Virus record (IMG/VR): IMGVR_UViG_3300020202_000061
Location: 124,001 to 188,000 of that record
Reading direction: 5' to 3' (one strand)
Length of the DNA stretch: 64,000 bases
Shown: piece after piece, positions 1-8,010 of the stretch
Position numbering within the stretch: the first letter of the stretch is position 1
How the letters are laid out: the number at the start of each line of letters is the position of its first letter
Notes under the pieces: generated by a model
The model's database searches: none
What the model saw: only the letters and a program-made list of their open reading frames with translations
Told to the model about the DNA's origin: nothing
Translations under genes and position numbers: made by a program

Positions 1-1805
1 GCCATGATCGCATCAGCCGCACCACCATTGATTCCGATATCCAAGGTTTCGATCTGATCCCAGACCGTGTTCACGTCCACGCTCGCACGCAGAACGCGGG
101 AATCCGCTGGAAGCGTTCCGACCACGACCGGACTCGAACTGTTGAAGTTCACCGTCACATACATGACTCGGACCGCAGGAACTTCAGCCCGAAGTTCAGA
201 TTTGATTGCAGCCCAGGTGGTCTTGCGGTTGTTGGTGCCGTTGAAATAGGGAAACTCGTCGGTATCCTCGATGGTGTTGTCCGAGGTCAATCCGGTGATG
301 TTCAGACCAATGGTCGGATTACCGCTGATGCCATCACCATTCGTGATGCTGACACCCTCAAGACCAGCACCACCCGCAGTGAGGGTGCGATTCGAATAGG
401 CAGCGTTACCAGTCTTCGCCACCATACCATTACCCAGCGCATCGAGCGCAGCTAACTCAGCCTGCTCCGATGCAGGGATGTCGGTGGTCGTGAGCAGACC
501 GATATCAGAGATGATATTGGCCCAGCTACGAAACTCTGGTTGATTCGAAGCACTTGCATCAAAGAACGGTACCGTATCAGTGGTGACCGTGACAGTGTCT
601 GCGAGACCCGCACGGGTGAAACTGAATGTCAGCGTGTCGGTTCCGGCCGTTCCATCGATCTGAATACCATCAGATGCGGCAAACGTCGCTGTGTCCGGTG
701 CCGCATCCGCCACAATTGATGTGCCATTGGAGTTGCCACTCGGGGTAATCGTACCGAAGGCGTTAGTCGAACCTGCCGTCGCGATCTCACTCACCAAGTA
801 GTACTCGTTGGCACCACTCGTAGCGTTGTAGACGGGGATACGGTCGTTTGGATCAACCGCATCGGAACGAGCAGCAAGACCATTGATGTTGAGACCAATA
901 GTCGGGTTACCAGAAACTCCAGTTCCATTCGACACTGATAGTCCGGCGAGGTTACCCGCGCCATTTGCGGTAATCGTACGAGCAGCATAAGCGGCATCAC
1001 CGGTCTTCGCGACCATGCCAGCAGCCAGAGCATCGAGTGCGGCCAATTCTGCCTGCTCGGTCGCGGGGATGTCTGCTGTGGTCAGGATGCCCAGATCACT
1101 GATGAAATCGGCAACCGTAGTTTTGGATTCGTTGGTCAAGCTGGCATCGTAGAACGCCAAGGTATCACCGGAGACAATCGTGTTGGTGCCCAACCCGTTG
1201 AAGTCGAGTTGGAAATCAGAACCAACCAGTGTGATACCATTGCTGGCCGTGAAATTACCGGCCGAACTGAATTGGACCCAAACGACCGGGTCGGTGCCCA
1301 GAACATCACTGGAATTGAATGTGGTAACGAATCCCTTGTCGCCGTTTACAGTGCCTTCTTCGACGAATACGAATGCCGCAGCAAGCTTACCAGCGGTATT
1401 TGCATCCGTGGCGCGGGTCGGAGCACCACTAGCGTTGACCGTGTAGATACCATTGGTTTCCGGAGCCGCCTGATTCTTGATCAGAATGCGGTCGTTCGTG
1501 GCCAATACCACACCGTCGATGGTGTCACCGTTCTCGAAGCTGCTCGCCAGGGTTCCTGCAATGGTCGTTGCAGCACGAACTGCTTCCTTCGGACTCGCTC
1601 CCTGCACAAGCCCATCGACATATGCTTTGGAGGCGGCATCGTTGGGATCGGTCGGTGCAGTTGCCACACGCAGATTCACGTAGCTCGAATCGGTCCGATC
1701 ACGCGAGTTGAAATGGTCGGTGACCCAGGTCAGACGACCACCACCCTTGCCGTACTGGACATCCGAACCGATACCGATGAGGCCGAATTTCTTGTGGTTA
1801 GACAT
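1..1805 (-). CDS. Virion structural/fibre protein, 3' end truncated by window edge (MSNHKKFGLIGIGSDVQYGKGG...)
   Basis: Not in the ORF track (no stop inside window). ATG at 1805 with GAGGA RBS; open frame to position 1; contains AASKAYVDG, NDRILIKNQ..NGIY fibre-type motifs and an internal duplication (EQAELAALDAL..GMVAKTG..AY..RT). Confidence 0.75.
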   Translation of the reverse strand, partial: MSNHKKFGLIGIGSDVQYGKGGGRLTWVTDHFNSRDRTDSSYVNLRVATAPTDPNDAASKAYVDGLVQGASPKEAVRAATTIAGTLASSFENGDTIDGVVLATNDRILIKNQAAPETNGIYTVNASGAPTRATDANTAGKLAAAFVFVEEGTVNGDKGFVTTFNSSDVLGTDPVVWVQFSSAGNFTASNGITLVGSDFQLDFNGLGTNTIVSGDTLAFYDASLTNESKTTVADFISDLGILTTADIPATEQAELAALDALAAGMVAKTGDAAYAARTITANGAGNLAGLSVSNGTGVSGNPTIGLNINGLAARSDAVDPNDRIPVYNATSGANEYYLVSEIATAGSTNAFGTITPSGNSNGTSIVADAAPDTATFAASDGIQIDGTAGTDTLTFSFTRAGLADTVTVTTDTVPFFDASASNQPEFRSWANIISDIGLLTTTDIPASEQAELAALDALGNGMVAKTGNAAYSNRTLTAGGAGLEGVSITNGDGISGNPTIGLNITGLTSDNTIEDTDEFPYFNGTNNRKTTWAAIKSELRAEVPAVRVMYVTVNFNSSSPVVVGTLPADSRVLRASVDVNTVWDQIETLDIGINGGAADAIM

Positions 1806-1817
1806 CAGCGGTTATCC

Positions 1818-2579
1818 TCAGATGAGCCCAAATTCGGCGTAGATTCGAATTTGACCTTGTGTGCCTCCGTTCCCGTTGGGATCGGCATTGAACTGGGCTC
1901 TGATCTGTCCGTTACTGACCTGTGTGGCGGGGAGTTCCCGGATGTAGACCCCAGGGGTTCCGATATCCACATCAGTCTGTGCCATCAACGTGGTGAAACC
2001 ACCCGTGGCGACAATCGTCAGATCGGTGGCGAAGGGATCGTTGAACGGGGTCACAACCTCTACTACAACGCGCTCCACACGGGTGTTAGCGACCAGCGCA
2101 GTGCCCACGTTGTAGACGTTCGAACCGACATCAGCCGGATCGCTGAAACTGATCGTGCGGGCATACTGGCCCTTGTTGGAACCCGGTGGGTTTGAATATT
2201 CCAGAGCGGTTTCGCCCGCGTTGACCTTGATGAACTGCCCGGCATGACCGGTGAAGTCACCAGGACCATCCGGGAGCCCCTCGAACGAACCCGAGCTACT
2301 CGTGGGGGTCGTGGCCAAATCCCAAGCCGCACCGTTCCAGAGAAATCCAGCAGAGTCATTTGCAGGAATTGTGATCCCGTTGATCCGCACAGGATTGGTC
2401 GAACCCGTGGCGTTCTGGACCATGAAAAATTTGCCCACGTAGGAGCTAGGCAGGACGTGCAAGGCGCTCGGAATCGTCTGAAGGACCACGACACCAGCGT
2501 TGTGGTTGACCAGGGTCGATGTGAACGTGCCCAGTGCCGGATTTGAGAGTGTGGACCAACCGATGTAGTTGTTCGTCAT
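1818..2579 (-). CDS. Virion structural protein (253 aa)
   Basis: ORF track; TAAATA late-type promoter upstream (2603-2608); C-terminal beta-rich domain resembles the end of the adjacent ORF. Confidence 0.6.
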   Translation of the reverse strand: MTNNYIGWSTLSNPALGTFTSTLVNHNAGVVVLQTIPSALHVLPSSYVGKFFMVQNATGSTNPVRINGITIPANDSAGFLWNGAAWDLATTPTSSSGSFEGLPDGPGDFTGHAGQFIKVNAGETALEYSNPPGSNKGQYARTISFSDPADVGSNVYNVGTALVANTRVERVVVEVVTPFNDPFATDLTIVATGGFTTLMAQTDVDIGTPGVYIRELPATQVSNGQIRAQFNADPNGNGGTQGQIRIYAEFGLI

Positions 2580-2602
2580 GCGGGTTTCCCAAGATTACCG
2601 GG

Positions 2603-2608
2603 TATTTA
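2603..2608 (-). promoter_or_regulatory. TAAATA late-promoter motif (representative; also at 2636+, 4807+, 5294+, 9274+, 9583+, 24641+, 29363-, 30544-, 37505-, 40242-, 43690+, 47942-)
   Basis: Recurrent (C)TAAATA(C) just upstream of structural, lysis and head-protein genes; resembles the T4 gp55 late promoter TATAAATA. Confidence 0.7.
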
Positions 2609-2646
2609 GGAAACACCGGAGGTGCCCGAGGCTCGTAAATAATTGC

Positions 2647-2898
2647 ATGCTGATCATGCCCGAGCGCCTGACCACCATCACTATCCTCTACTGGAGGCCG
2701 GACTACCGCAGCCTCCTACAGGAATTCCTCTGGCAAACCCAAGACCTTCCACCTGAATTCCCCAGGATGATGAAATTCCTTGATCACTGGCGCACTCAGA
2801 TCGACGCGGTAATCCACCGGGTTAATCTCGCCTACGAGGGAAGGGATTCTCGAATTCGCAAGGTCGATGCAACATTTCTGATTGACAAACTCCAGTAA
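2647..2898 (+). CDS. usg: Usg-family protein
   Basis: LTTITILYWRPDYRSLLQEFLWQTQDLPPEFPRMMKFLDHW matches the alphaproteobacterial Usg pattern (LTTAEILY.MPD.P.LLQ.F.WQ..DLAP.FP.L..FLDFW); start at ATG 2647, 5 nt after TAAATA. Confidence 0.8.
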   Translation: MLIMPERLTTITILYWRPDYRSLLQEFLWQTQDLPPEFPRMMKFLDHWRTQIDAVIHRVNLAYEGRDSRIRKVDATFLIDKLQ

Positions 2899-2916
2899 TT
2901 CACCTAGGCTGGATGA

Positions 2917-3198
2917 ATGTCCAGATATCTTAGCTCACTGGAAGATGCAGAGATTTTCAACAGTACGCAGAGGTCGGAAGTGAGCAAAGAGCAGTGTTAT
3001 TTGATTTGGTTTGGTGGAACCGAACATGGTGCGTTTGGGCTAACGCCACAGGAGGCTGTGGCTAATTGGAAGCGCGACTATATCGCTGATTTCCTGGCTG
3101 AACATCCAGGTTCAACGCCACCAGTACTGCCCTCTCAGGTGCTGATTCAGCCCGACACCAGAGAATGGCATGAATGGGAAAGTATTGATGTTCCGTGA
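2917..3198 (+). CDS. Hypothetical protein
   Basis: ORF track; TTGACA-N17-TAGGCT promoter (2882-2910) 6 nt upstream. Confidence 0.6.
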   Translation: MSRYLSSLEDAEIFNSTQRSEVSKEQCYLIWFGGTEHGAFGLTPQEAVANWKRDYIADFLAEHPGSTPPVLPSQVLIQPDTREWHEWESIDVP

Positions 3199-3199
3199 T

Positions 3200-3349
3200 T
3201 TGAGCAAGAAGAAGGGTCGTCCCTGCCGCGCGTGGCCTCGGTGTGCCTGCATCATGCAGGGTCGCGAAGATGTCCATTGTCCGACCGAATACACGGTGGA
3301 CGGTCAGAAGATCGTCGTCACGCAGACCCGCACAGGAAGCTCCAAATGA
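3200..3349 (+). CDS. Small Cys-rich hypothetical protein (MSKKKGRPCRAWPRCAC...)
   Basis: TTG start right after previous stop, ATGA overlap with next gene. Confidence 0.45.
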   Translation: MSKKKGRPCRAWPRCACIMQGREDVHCPTEYTVDGQKIVVTQTRTGSSK

Positions 3350-3714
3350 CCCAACAATTCCACGCCCTCTGTTACTTCCTCACCCAGTCCGATTTTGACC
3401 GCCGCTGGCTCGAACAGGACTACTCGATCCACTTCATGGCCGAAGACCCTCAGGACGCCACCAGGGCGGTCTGGCGCTGGGTACAGGGTCGGATGCGGGC
3501 GATCCCTACCAGCTTCGGGAAGCCCGCCTGCATCAAGCTGTACCACTTCAACCCGAAGCCTATCGGCCAGGATGGGCAACTTGAGTCGGCCAACTTCCTT
3601 CCGTTCTACGAATGGAAATACGACTGGGTGGGATCGAGCATACCCGAGGAATTGGAACGACTCGGTATGATCGAGAAGGATCATCCTCGGATGGATGCGG
3701 ACGCCGGAGAGTAG
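3346..3714 (+). CDS. Hypothetical protein
   Basis: ORF track frame, start reassigned to ATG 3346 (AGGA RBS). Confidence 0.6.
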   Translation: MTQQFHALCYFLTQSDFDRRWLEQDYSIHFMAEDPQDATRAVWRWVQGRMRAIPTSFGKPACIKLYHFNPKPIGQDGQLESANFLPFYEWKYDWVGSSIPEELERLGMIEKDHPRMDADAGE

Positions 3715-3740
3715 TCTGCCTGGGCTCAATGCCCTACAGA

Positions 3741-3778
3741 GGCGGTGGGACGGAAATCTCCGTTCGGCCGCCATTTTT
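3741..3778 (+). terminator. Intrinsic terminator
   Basis: GGCGGT..GACGGA / TCCGTT..GCCGCC stem followed by ATTTTT. Confidence 0.55.
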
Positions 3779-3803
3779 GCTTTCTGGAATAAAAATTAAT
3801 CAG

Positions 3804-3833
3804 TTACCCACAGAGTTATGCACGGTATCCCCA
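3804..3833 (+). promoter_or_regulatory. Cluster of DnaA-box-like 9-mers
   Basis: TTACCCACA (3804), TTATGCACG (3816), GTATCCCCA (3825) versus consensus TTATNCACA, in an AT-rich intergenic gap. Confidence 0.4.
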
Positions 3834-3912
3834 TTGCTCATAAAGAAAGAATCAAGTAAGGTCCGGGGTGGGGGTTACCTGCAACCCAAGGGGGATTTCA
3901 GGGAGGGCATTT

Positions 3913-4200
3913 ATGCCTTTAACCGTCCATCCCCTCGTGGAAAACCATCTGGGGCGTATTGAACGCGCACGTCTGATCGAGACACGCCTGCTTGCGATGA
4001 ATGTCCCACCGGACGTGGGAGAGCGCCTCGCCCAGAACAAAGCCACTCTATTGAAGCCGGTTCTGGACGAGGCATTGTCGTGGCCGGTGGAGGCCCTGGT
4101 TGATCTTGTGCGGATCATTCCAGATATCGACTTGAAGATGATCCTATATCGTCATTTGATTGTCCATAACAATGTTAGGCTTGACATCGGAGTCTGCTAA
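3913..4200 (+). CDS. Hypothetical protein
   Basis: GGAGG RBS before ATG 3913. Confidence 0.55.
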   Translation: MPLTVHPLVENHLGRIERARLIETRLLAMNVPPDVGERLAQNKATLLKPVLDEALSWPVEALVDLVRIIPDIDLKMILYRHLIVHNNVRLDIGVC

Positions 4201-4211
4201 AGTGCAACCCC

Positions 4212-4240
4212 TTGACATTCTCAAGGGTTTGCCTTAAATA
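4212..4240 (+). promoter_or_regulatory. Hybrid promoter TTGACA-N17-TAAATA for tmRNA
   Basis: Exact spacing; same design at 54045-54073 (tRNA cluster) and 5628-5656. Confidence 0.7.
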
Positions 4241-4246
4241 GGTCTT

Positions 4247-4515
4247 GTGACGTTGAAGCGTTGAAGAACGCTACTCTGGACCTGGGGGCGGTACCCAGCG
4301 GCTCCACCAAAATGCCCTCGGGCGCTATGGGGCCGAAACAGGATCGACAGGTAGTCAGTAGGCACGTGGAGTCATCCGGCGGAAGCTCGGTTAACGCAAC
4401 ACAAACAGTAATTGCCAACGATAACTTCGTTGCGGACGAGGGTTTCCGTATGGCCGCCTAAGGCGGTCCTCGGTAATCCAAATCCATCGCCCGGTGGGCG
4501 GGAAACAGAAACACC
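4247..4515 (+). ncRNA. ssrA: Circularly permuted two-piece tmRNA (alphaproteobacterial type); tag ANDNFVADEGFRMAA
   Basis: Acceptor piece first: T-arm CTGGG-GGCGGTA-CCCAG then CGGCTCC-A-CCA (ends 4309); 19-nt spacer; coding piece starts GGGGCCGAAACAGGATCGAC (4329). GGGGCCG/CGGCTCC gives the G3:U70 Ala determinant; tag 4414-4461; 3' GGAAACAGAA motif. Outer ends approximate. Confidence 0.93.
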
Positions 4516-4545
4516 AGAGAGCCGCCTTCGGGCGGCTCTCTTTTT
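4516..4545 (+). terminator. Intrinsic terminator of tmRNA
   Basis: AGAGAGCCGCC-TTCG-GGCGGCTCTCT followed by TTTT. Confidence 0.9.
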
Positions 4546-4561
4546 GTGTGGGATTACGGAA

Positions 4562-4768
4562 ATGCAAAAGTATCAACTCTGGTATAACGAAAAGACACAG
4601 ACCTATGCGATGCTCTACGGGAAGCGCCTGAATGAGCCGCTGATCGCTCGTACCTCGACCCTGTTCCATGAGTTCCAGGCCGAATCCTTGCGGCAAGCCG
4701 GACTAATCAGTTCCCGCGCCATCGCCGCCCATAAGCAGCGCTTGGCCAACCGAAAGAGGGTGGCGTAA
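4562..4768 (+). CDS. Hypothetical protein
   Basis: ATG 4562 in ORF-track frame. Confidence 0.55.
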   Translation: MQKYQLWYNEKTQTYAMLYGKRLNEPLIARTSTLFHEFQAESLRQAGLISSRAIAAHKQRLANRKRVA

Positions 4769-4836
4769 TTTTCCGCGAAATTTAACACCATTCTGGAGTT
4801 CTCCTGTAAATAGATAATATTAATAGGAGAACCCCC

Positions 4837-5139
4837 ATGGCCTCGTACGCGACCGAACGTAAGATCAGAATCATCAAGGAAAAGCTCGGACCTGACTGGG
4901 AGACCTACACCCAGGGCAAGCGGATCGACGCTGCCTACAACGAACTCGTAGGGGATTCCCGCAAGAACCTCTTCTGCAAGCTTCGCCCCGAGACCAAGGC
5001 CAAGTTGGATGAGATGGTCCGGGACAACGACACGAAGATGGCCGAATTCATTGAGAGCCTGATCGAACGCGAATACGACCGCTTCACCCAAGCCAAAACC
5101 CGCAAAACCGAAGACCTCGCCGCCCGGTTCACTCGGTAA
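4837..5139 (+). CDS. Ribbon-helix-helix (CopG/Arc-like) DNA-binding protein
   Basis: KNLFCKLRPETKAKLDEMVRDNDTKMAEFIESLIERE strand-helix-helix pattern; AGGAG RBS. Confidence 0.55.
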   Translation: MASYATERKIRIIKEKLGPDWETYTQGKRIDAAYNELVGDSRKNLFCKLRPETKAKLDEMVRDNDTKMAEFIESLIEREYDRFTQAKTRKTEDLAARFTR

Positions 5140-5145
5140 ACCACC

Positions 5146-5301
5146 CAGTATGATGGTATTGGTTTTCTAATACCATCATACTGAATCTGATTGTTAGGGA
5201 ATCTCAAGTAGTATGTGAGTTTTTCTCACACAAGCATATCAGATATGCTTGTATTACATTGATATTTCTATTGTATTAGTCAATACAAGTATCTAAATAC
5301 T
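5146..5301. repeat. AT-rich cluster of inverted repeats
   Basis: CAGTATGATGGTATT/AATACCATCATACTG (15 bp perfect), TGTGAG/CTCACA, ACAAGCATATC/GATATGCTTGT, TTGTATT/AATACAA, AGTAT/ATACT. Confidence 0.8.
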
Positions 5302-5319
5302 CTCTGTGGAAAGCAAACC

Positions 5320-5490
5320 ATGATGAACTGGCTCAAACGAGTTGGTCGTGAGTTGCTGATGACATCGAGGGAGCGCCAGGAGCAGGCATTCCTCGGGCAG
5401 GCGGTAGACCTAGCGGATTTGGAGTGGCGCATGAAAGAGATTCAATCGGGCCGCTTCATTTGCAAACCTTATGAGCGTTGCTACAGATGA
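5320..5490 (+). CDS. DUF3563-like small protein
   Basis: 56 aa, ERQEQAFLGQAVDLADLEWRMKEI resembles the DUF3563 pattern (E..EAYL..S.D..DLERRMR); below ORF-track cutoff. Confidence 0.6.
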   Translation: MMNWLKRVGRELLMTSRERQEQAFLGQAVDLADLEWRMKEIQSGRFICKPYERCYR

Positions 5491-5657
5491 TCTGGGGCAA
5501 AGCTGTGGGTCTGCTCGGGTTCATGCCGTCGCGACCGAGAGACGAGGTGGATCGCTTTTTCGACCTCGAATATCGTCGTGAATCAGCAGACTATCGTGAC
5601 GTTCTGAATCGCGAATTCCGAAAGGGGTTGAAAAACTCCTCGGAAACCGCTAAGTAA
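5487..5657 (+). CDS. Small hypothetical protein (56 aa)
   Basis: ATGA overlap with previous ORF. Confidence 0.45.
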   Translation: MIWGKAVGLLGFMPSRPRDEVDRFFDLEYRRESADYRDVLNREFRKGLKNSSETAK

Positions 5658-5662
5658 GAACC

Positions 5663-5768
5663 AAGCGACAACGACAATTTGTTCCTCCTAGCCGCGTAAG
5701 CGGCTGGATGGGTGATCCACCTGGAAACAGAACGGGTATGATGGGCGAGGAGAAATCCTCGCCTTTTT
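5663..5768 (+). ncRNA. Stand-alone tmRNA mRNA-like-domain RNA (tag-like frame DNDNLFLLAA*)
   Basis: GACAACGACAAT..GCCGCGTAA tag-like frame, stop-codon hairpin CTAGCCGC-GTAA-GCGGCTGG, ACCTGGAAACAGAA motif like the 3' end of alpha tmRNA coding pieces; promoter TTGAAA-N17-TAAGTA; terminator GGCGAGGA-GAAA-TCCTCGCC-TTTTT. Confidence 0.6.
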
Positions 5769-5811
5769 CATTTCTCTTGACATTTCCCGGAGTTTCTATG
5801 ATATTGGAGGA

Positions 5812-6225
5812 ATGAGCGAGAAAACCCCAGAGATCACCCGCACCATGGACGAGAAGGAATGGCTAGAAACCGGCCATACCCTGGGGATGCATGAGGTGCT
5901 TCACGCGGTTTCCATAGTCAGATATGTGGCGAAGCGCTACCTCCAGGAGCACCCGGCGGTGCAGGAGGTTCCCTTGATCAAGTCACACATCGACCGCATC
6001 TGCTCGGCTCTGGCTCGACTCTATCAAGACGTAGGTTCGTGGCCGGAATTCTTAGCCACCCCGGATGTTACTCTGGAGAATGCCGAGCGCATTGCCAATG
6101 CTATGCGCGATACTCTCGCCTCATCCACGTCCGAGCAGTTCCTCACCAGTCGTGAGGAACTGCTCGGTGTGCTCCGTTTGATGGAGGCGTACATTCTGGC
6201 TACGCCCCGAAAGGATCAGGCATGA
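5812..6225 (+). CDS. Hypothetical protein
   Basis: ORF track; TTGACA promoter and GGAGG RBS. Confidence 0.65.
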   Translation: MSEKTPEITRTMDEKEWLETGHTLGMHEVLHAVSIVRYVAKRYLQEHPAVQEVPLIKSHIDRICSALARLYQDVGSWPEFLATPDVTLENAERIANAMRDTLASSTSEQFLTSREELLGVLRLMEAYILATPRKDQA

Positions 6226-6545
6226 CCTGGATGGTCGAGTCCGACATCCGTATCGATCTGGTCCGACAAGACCAGCCGATGAGCGTGATGACCATGCTGA
6301 TTACCACCGGCACTGTAGTGGACGGACCCAGGGTTCCGCCGAAGCAGTTCGTCGATCTCATGGTTCGCCATTTCAAGTCTCATGCCCTGGTCAATCCCAC
6401 CGAGGACGCACTCACCGCATTCCCTGGCGATGCCATCTACGTGAACGGGGTGTTCCACGATCAGATTCGTCCCGATGACCTCAAGAAGGTCGAACAACCC
6501 AAGGTTCTCGACTACGAGGATTACCCAAGTTTCCGGGTGCACTGA
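6222..6545 (+). CDS. Hypothetical protein
   Basis: ORF track; ATGA overlap. Confidence 0.6.
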   Translation: MTWMVESDIRIDLVRQDQPMSVMTMLITTGTVVDGPRVPPKQFVDLMVRHFKSHALVNPTEDALTAFPGDAIYVNGVFHDQIRPDDLKKVEQPKVLDYEDYPSFRVH

Positions 6546-6712
6546 TGGAGAAATTCCTGATCGTCGGGAGCATCGTGCTGACCCTGGGTATTGTTGCGCT
6601 AGGCGGCATTCAAAAGGCCATACGCGAGGTCAATGCTGGACCGGTTCCAACTCTCGCTCCGCAACTCAAACCCGATGCCGGACCATTAGCGCCCGGTTGG
6701 AGCTACGAATAA
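6545..6712 (+). CDS. Small membrane-anchored protein
   Basis: MEKFLIVGSIVLTLGIVALGG hydrophobic N-terminus; TGATG and TAATG couplings. Confidence 0.5.
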   Translation: MEKFLIVGSIVLTLGIVALGGIQKAIREVNAGPVPTLAPQLKPDAGPLAPGWSYE

Positions 6713-7134
6713 TGGACAACTTCCGTATCGACGTGACCAGTAAGGGTGCACCTGCCCTGGTGCAAGTTCTCAGGCTGATCGAACTGAATGAGGGCAGGCT
6801 GCGCGTGCATGGATTCCGTCTGGAGAAGGGCGAGTTCGAGACTGGATCGAGTCGTACATATGTGCCAACCGAGCGCATCATCCTCTACAAGACCCGTCCG
6901 AGCCATCCTCATGAGGGATTCACCCCGTTGCCCGCGCCGATCAACCTGGAAATGGCGGTGGCCATGGTCATGTCCTGGTTGGAATTCGAGGACACCCAAT
7001 ACGGGCCAGAACTCGATCACGACGGCTCCAACAGCCGTGGCTGGCGTGCCTACAACGAGAACTGGGGCCACGTCCATGGGGAATGGGAAGCGTTTGTCGC
7101 AGTCGAACCCCATTGGGCGTGGCACGGCAAATGA
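6712..7134 (+). CDS. Hypothetical phage protein
   Basis: Start reassigned to ATG 6712 (MDNFRIDV...); DHDGS..GW..YNE.WGHV motif. Confidence 0.65.
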   Translation: MDNFRIDVTSKGAPALVQVLRLIELNEGRLRVHGFRLEKGEFETGSSRTYVPTERIILYKTRPSHPHEGFTPLPAPINLEMAVAMVMSWLEFEDTQYGPELDHDGSNSRGWRAYNENWGHVHGEWEAFVAVEPHWAWHGK

Positions 7135-7415
7135 CCATCCCTCGTCTCAATCCGGCCGATTTCCTCCCACTGGTTCTGCTCCAGGGTATTGCCCTGTACA
7201 TAATCCAGCCTTGGTGGAAAGCCTTATTGGTGATTCCCGCACTGTTTGCTGTGGCATTGCCTGCGATCTTATATGAGCGCGAATACGTACGTCGTCGCAT
7301 GCAAGGCGAACCCACACTTTGGATCAGTCTGGGTATCAGCTTGTATTTCGTTCTGATGTTGCTCGGACTCGCCGTTCTCCATTGGCAGCGAGCGATGGAG
7401 TCCGTCTATGGCTAG
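7131..7415 (+). CDS. Membrane protein
   Basis: Three hydrophobic segments; ATGA overlap. Confidence 0.6.
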   Translation: MTIPRLNPADFLPLVLLQGIALYIIQPWWKALLVIPALFAVALPAILYEREYVRRRMQGEPTLWISLGISLYFVLMLLGLAVLHWQRAMESVYG

Positions 7416-7905
7416 AGCCAAGAAGTATCCGCAGGTCGGGGTCAGTGTGTTTCTGTTCGGTGAGATCGAGCAGAAGTTATGCGTGCTGATGAGCCTGAAA
7501 AAGATTGGCAATCACAAGGGCTATCTGATCCTGCCCGGTGGCCATTTGGAGTTCCAGGAATCCTTGGAGGACTGCGCTCGCCGTGAGGTCCAGGAAGAAA
7601 CCGGCGTGGGTATCTGGAAAAACCACATCAAGATGGTCGCGATGTGCCAAGACATCCACCGATCGAACGAGAATCACTACCTGAATGTATTTTTCAGAAC
7701 CAGCCTGACCGATAAGCAGGTCAAACAAGTCTGCAATCCCGAGCCTCACAAGCACTCGGATTGGCAGTGGATCACCTGTGATGACCTTGTCTCTGACAAG
7801 GTCAAGAAGATCGCTCCCAGCACCCTGGAGGTGATCCGCAACAACGACCGTTACGAGATCGGAGAACCGGTTTCGCTCTACCCACTACGCTGGAGGAATG
7901 CGTGA
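7408..7905 (+). CDS. Nudix hydrolase (MutT/NUDT15-like)
   Basis: Nudix box GGHLEFQESLEDCARREVQEETGV; PQVGV and N.EP.K..W.W motifs. Confidence 0.9.
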   Translation: MARAKKYPQVGVSVFLFGEIEQKLCVLMSLKKIGNHKGYLILPGGHLEFQESLEDCARREVQEETGVGIWKNHIKMVAMCQDIHRSNENHYLNVFFRTSLTDKQVKQVCNPEPHKHSDWQWITCDDLVSDKVKKIAPSTLEVIRNNDRYEIGEPVSLYPLRWRNA

Positions 7906-8010
7906 TGTTCAACATGTGGACCTTTGCCGCTGTGGTGGCGGTCTGCATCACGGCCTACTCGATTGTTGAGTTACAGCCGTTCTGTCGTTAATCCCAGGAA
8001 AGGAATGAAT

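Noticed and set aside
4261-4461. 66-aa ORF ending ANDNFVADEGFRMAA
   Set aside because: It is the tmRNA tag frame, not a protein gene
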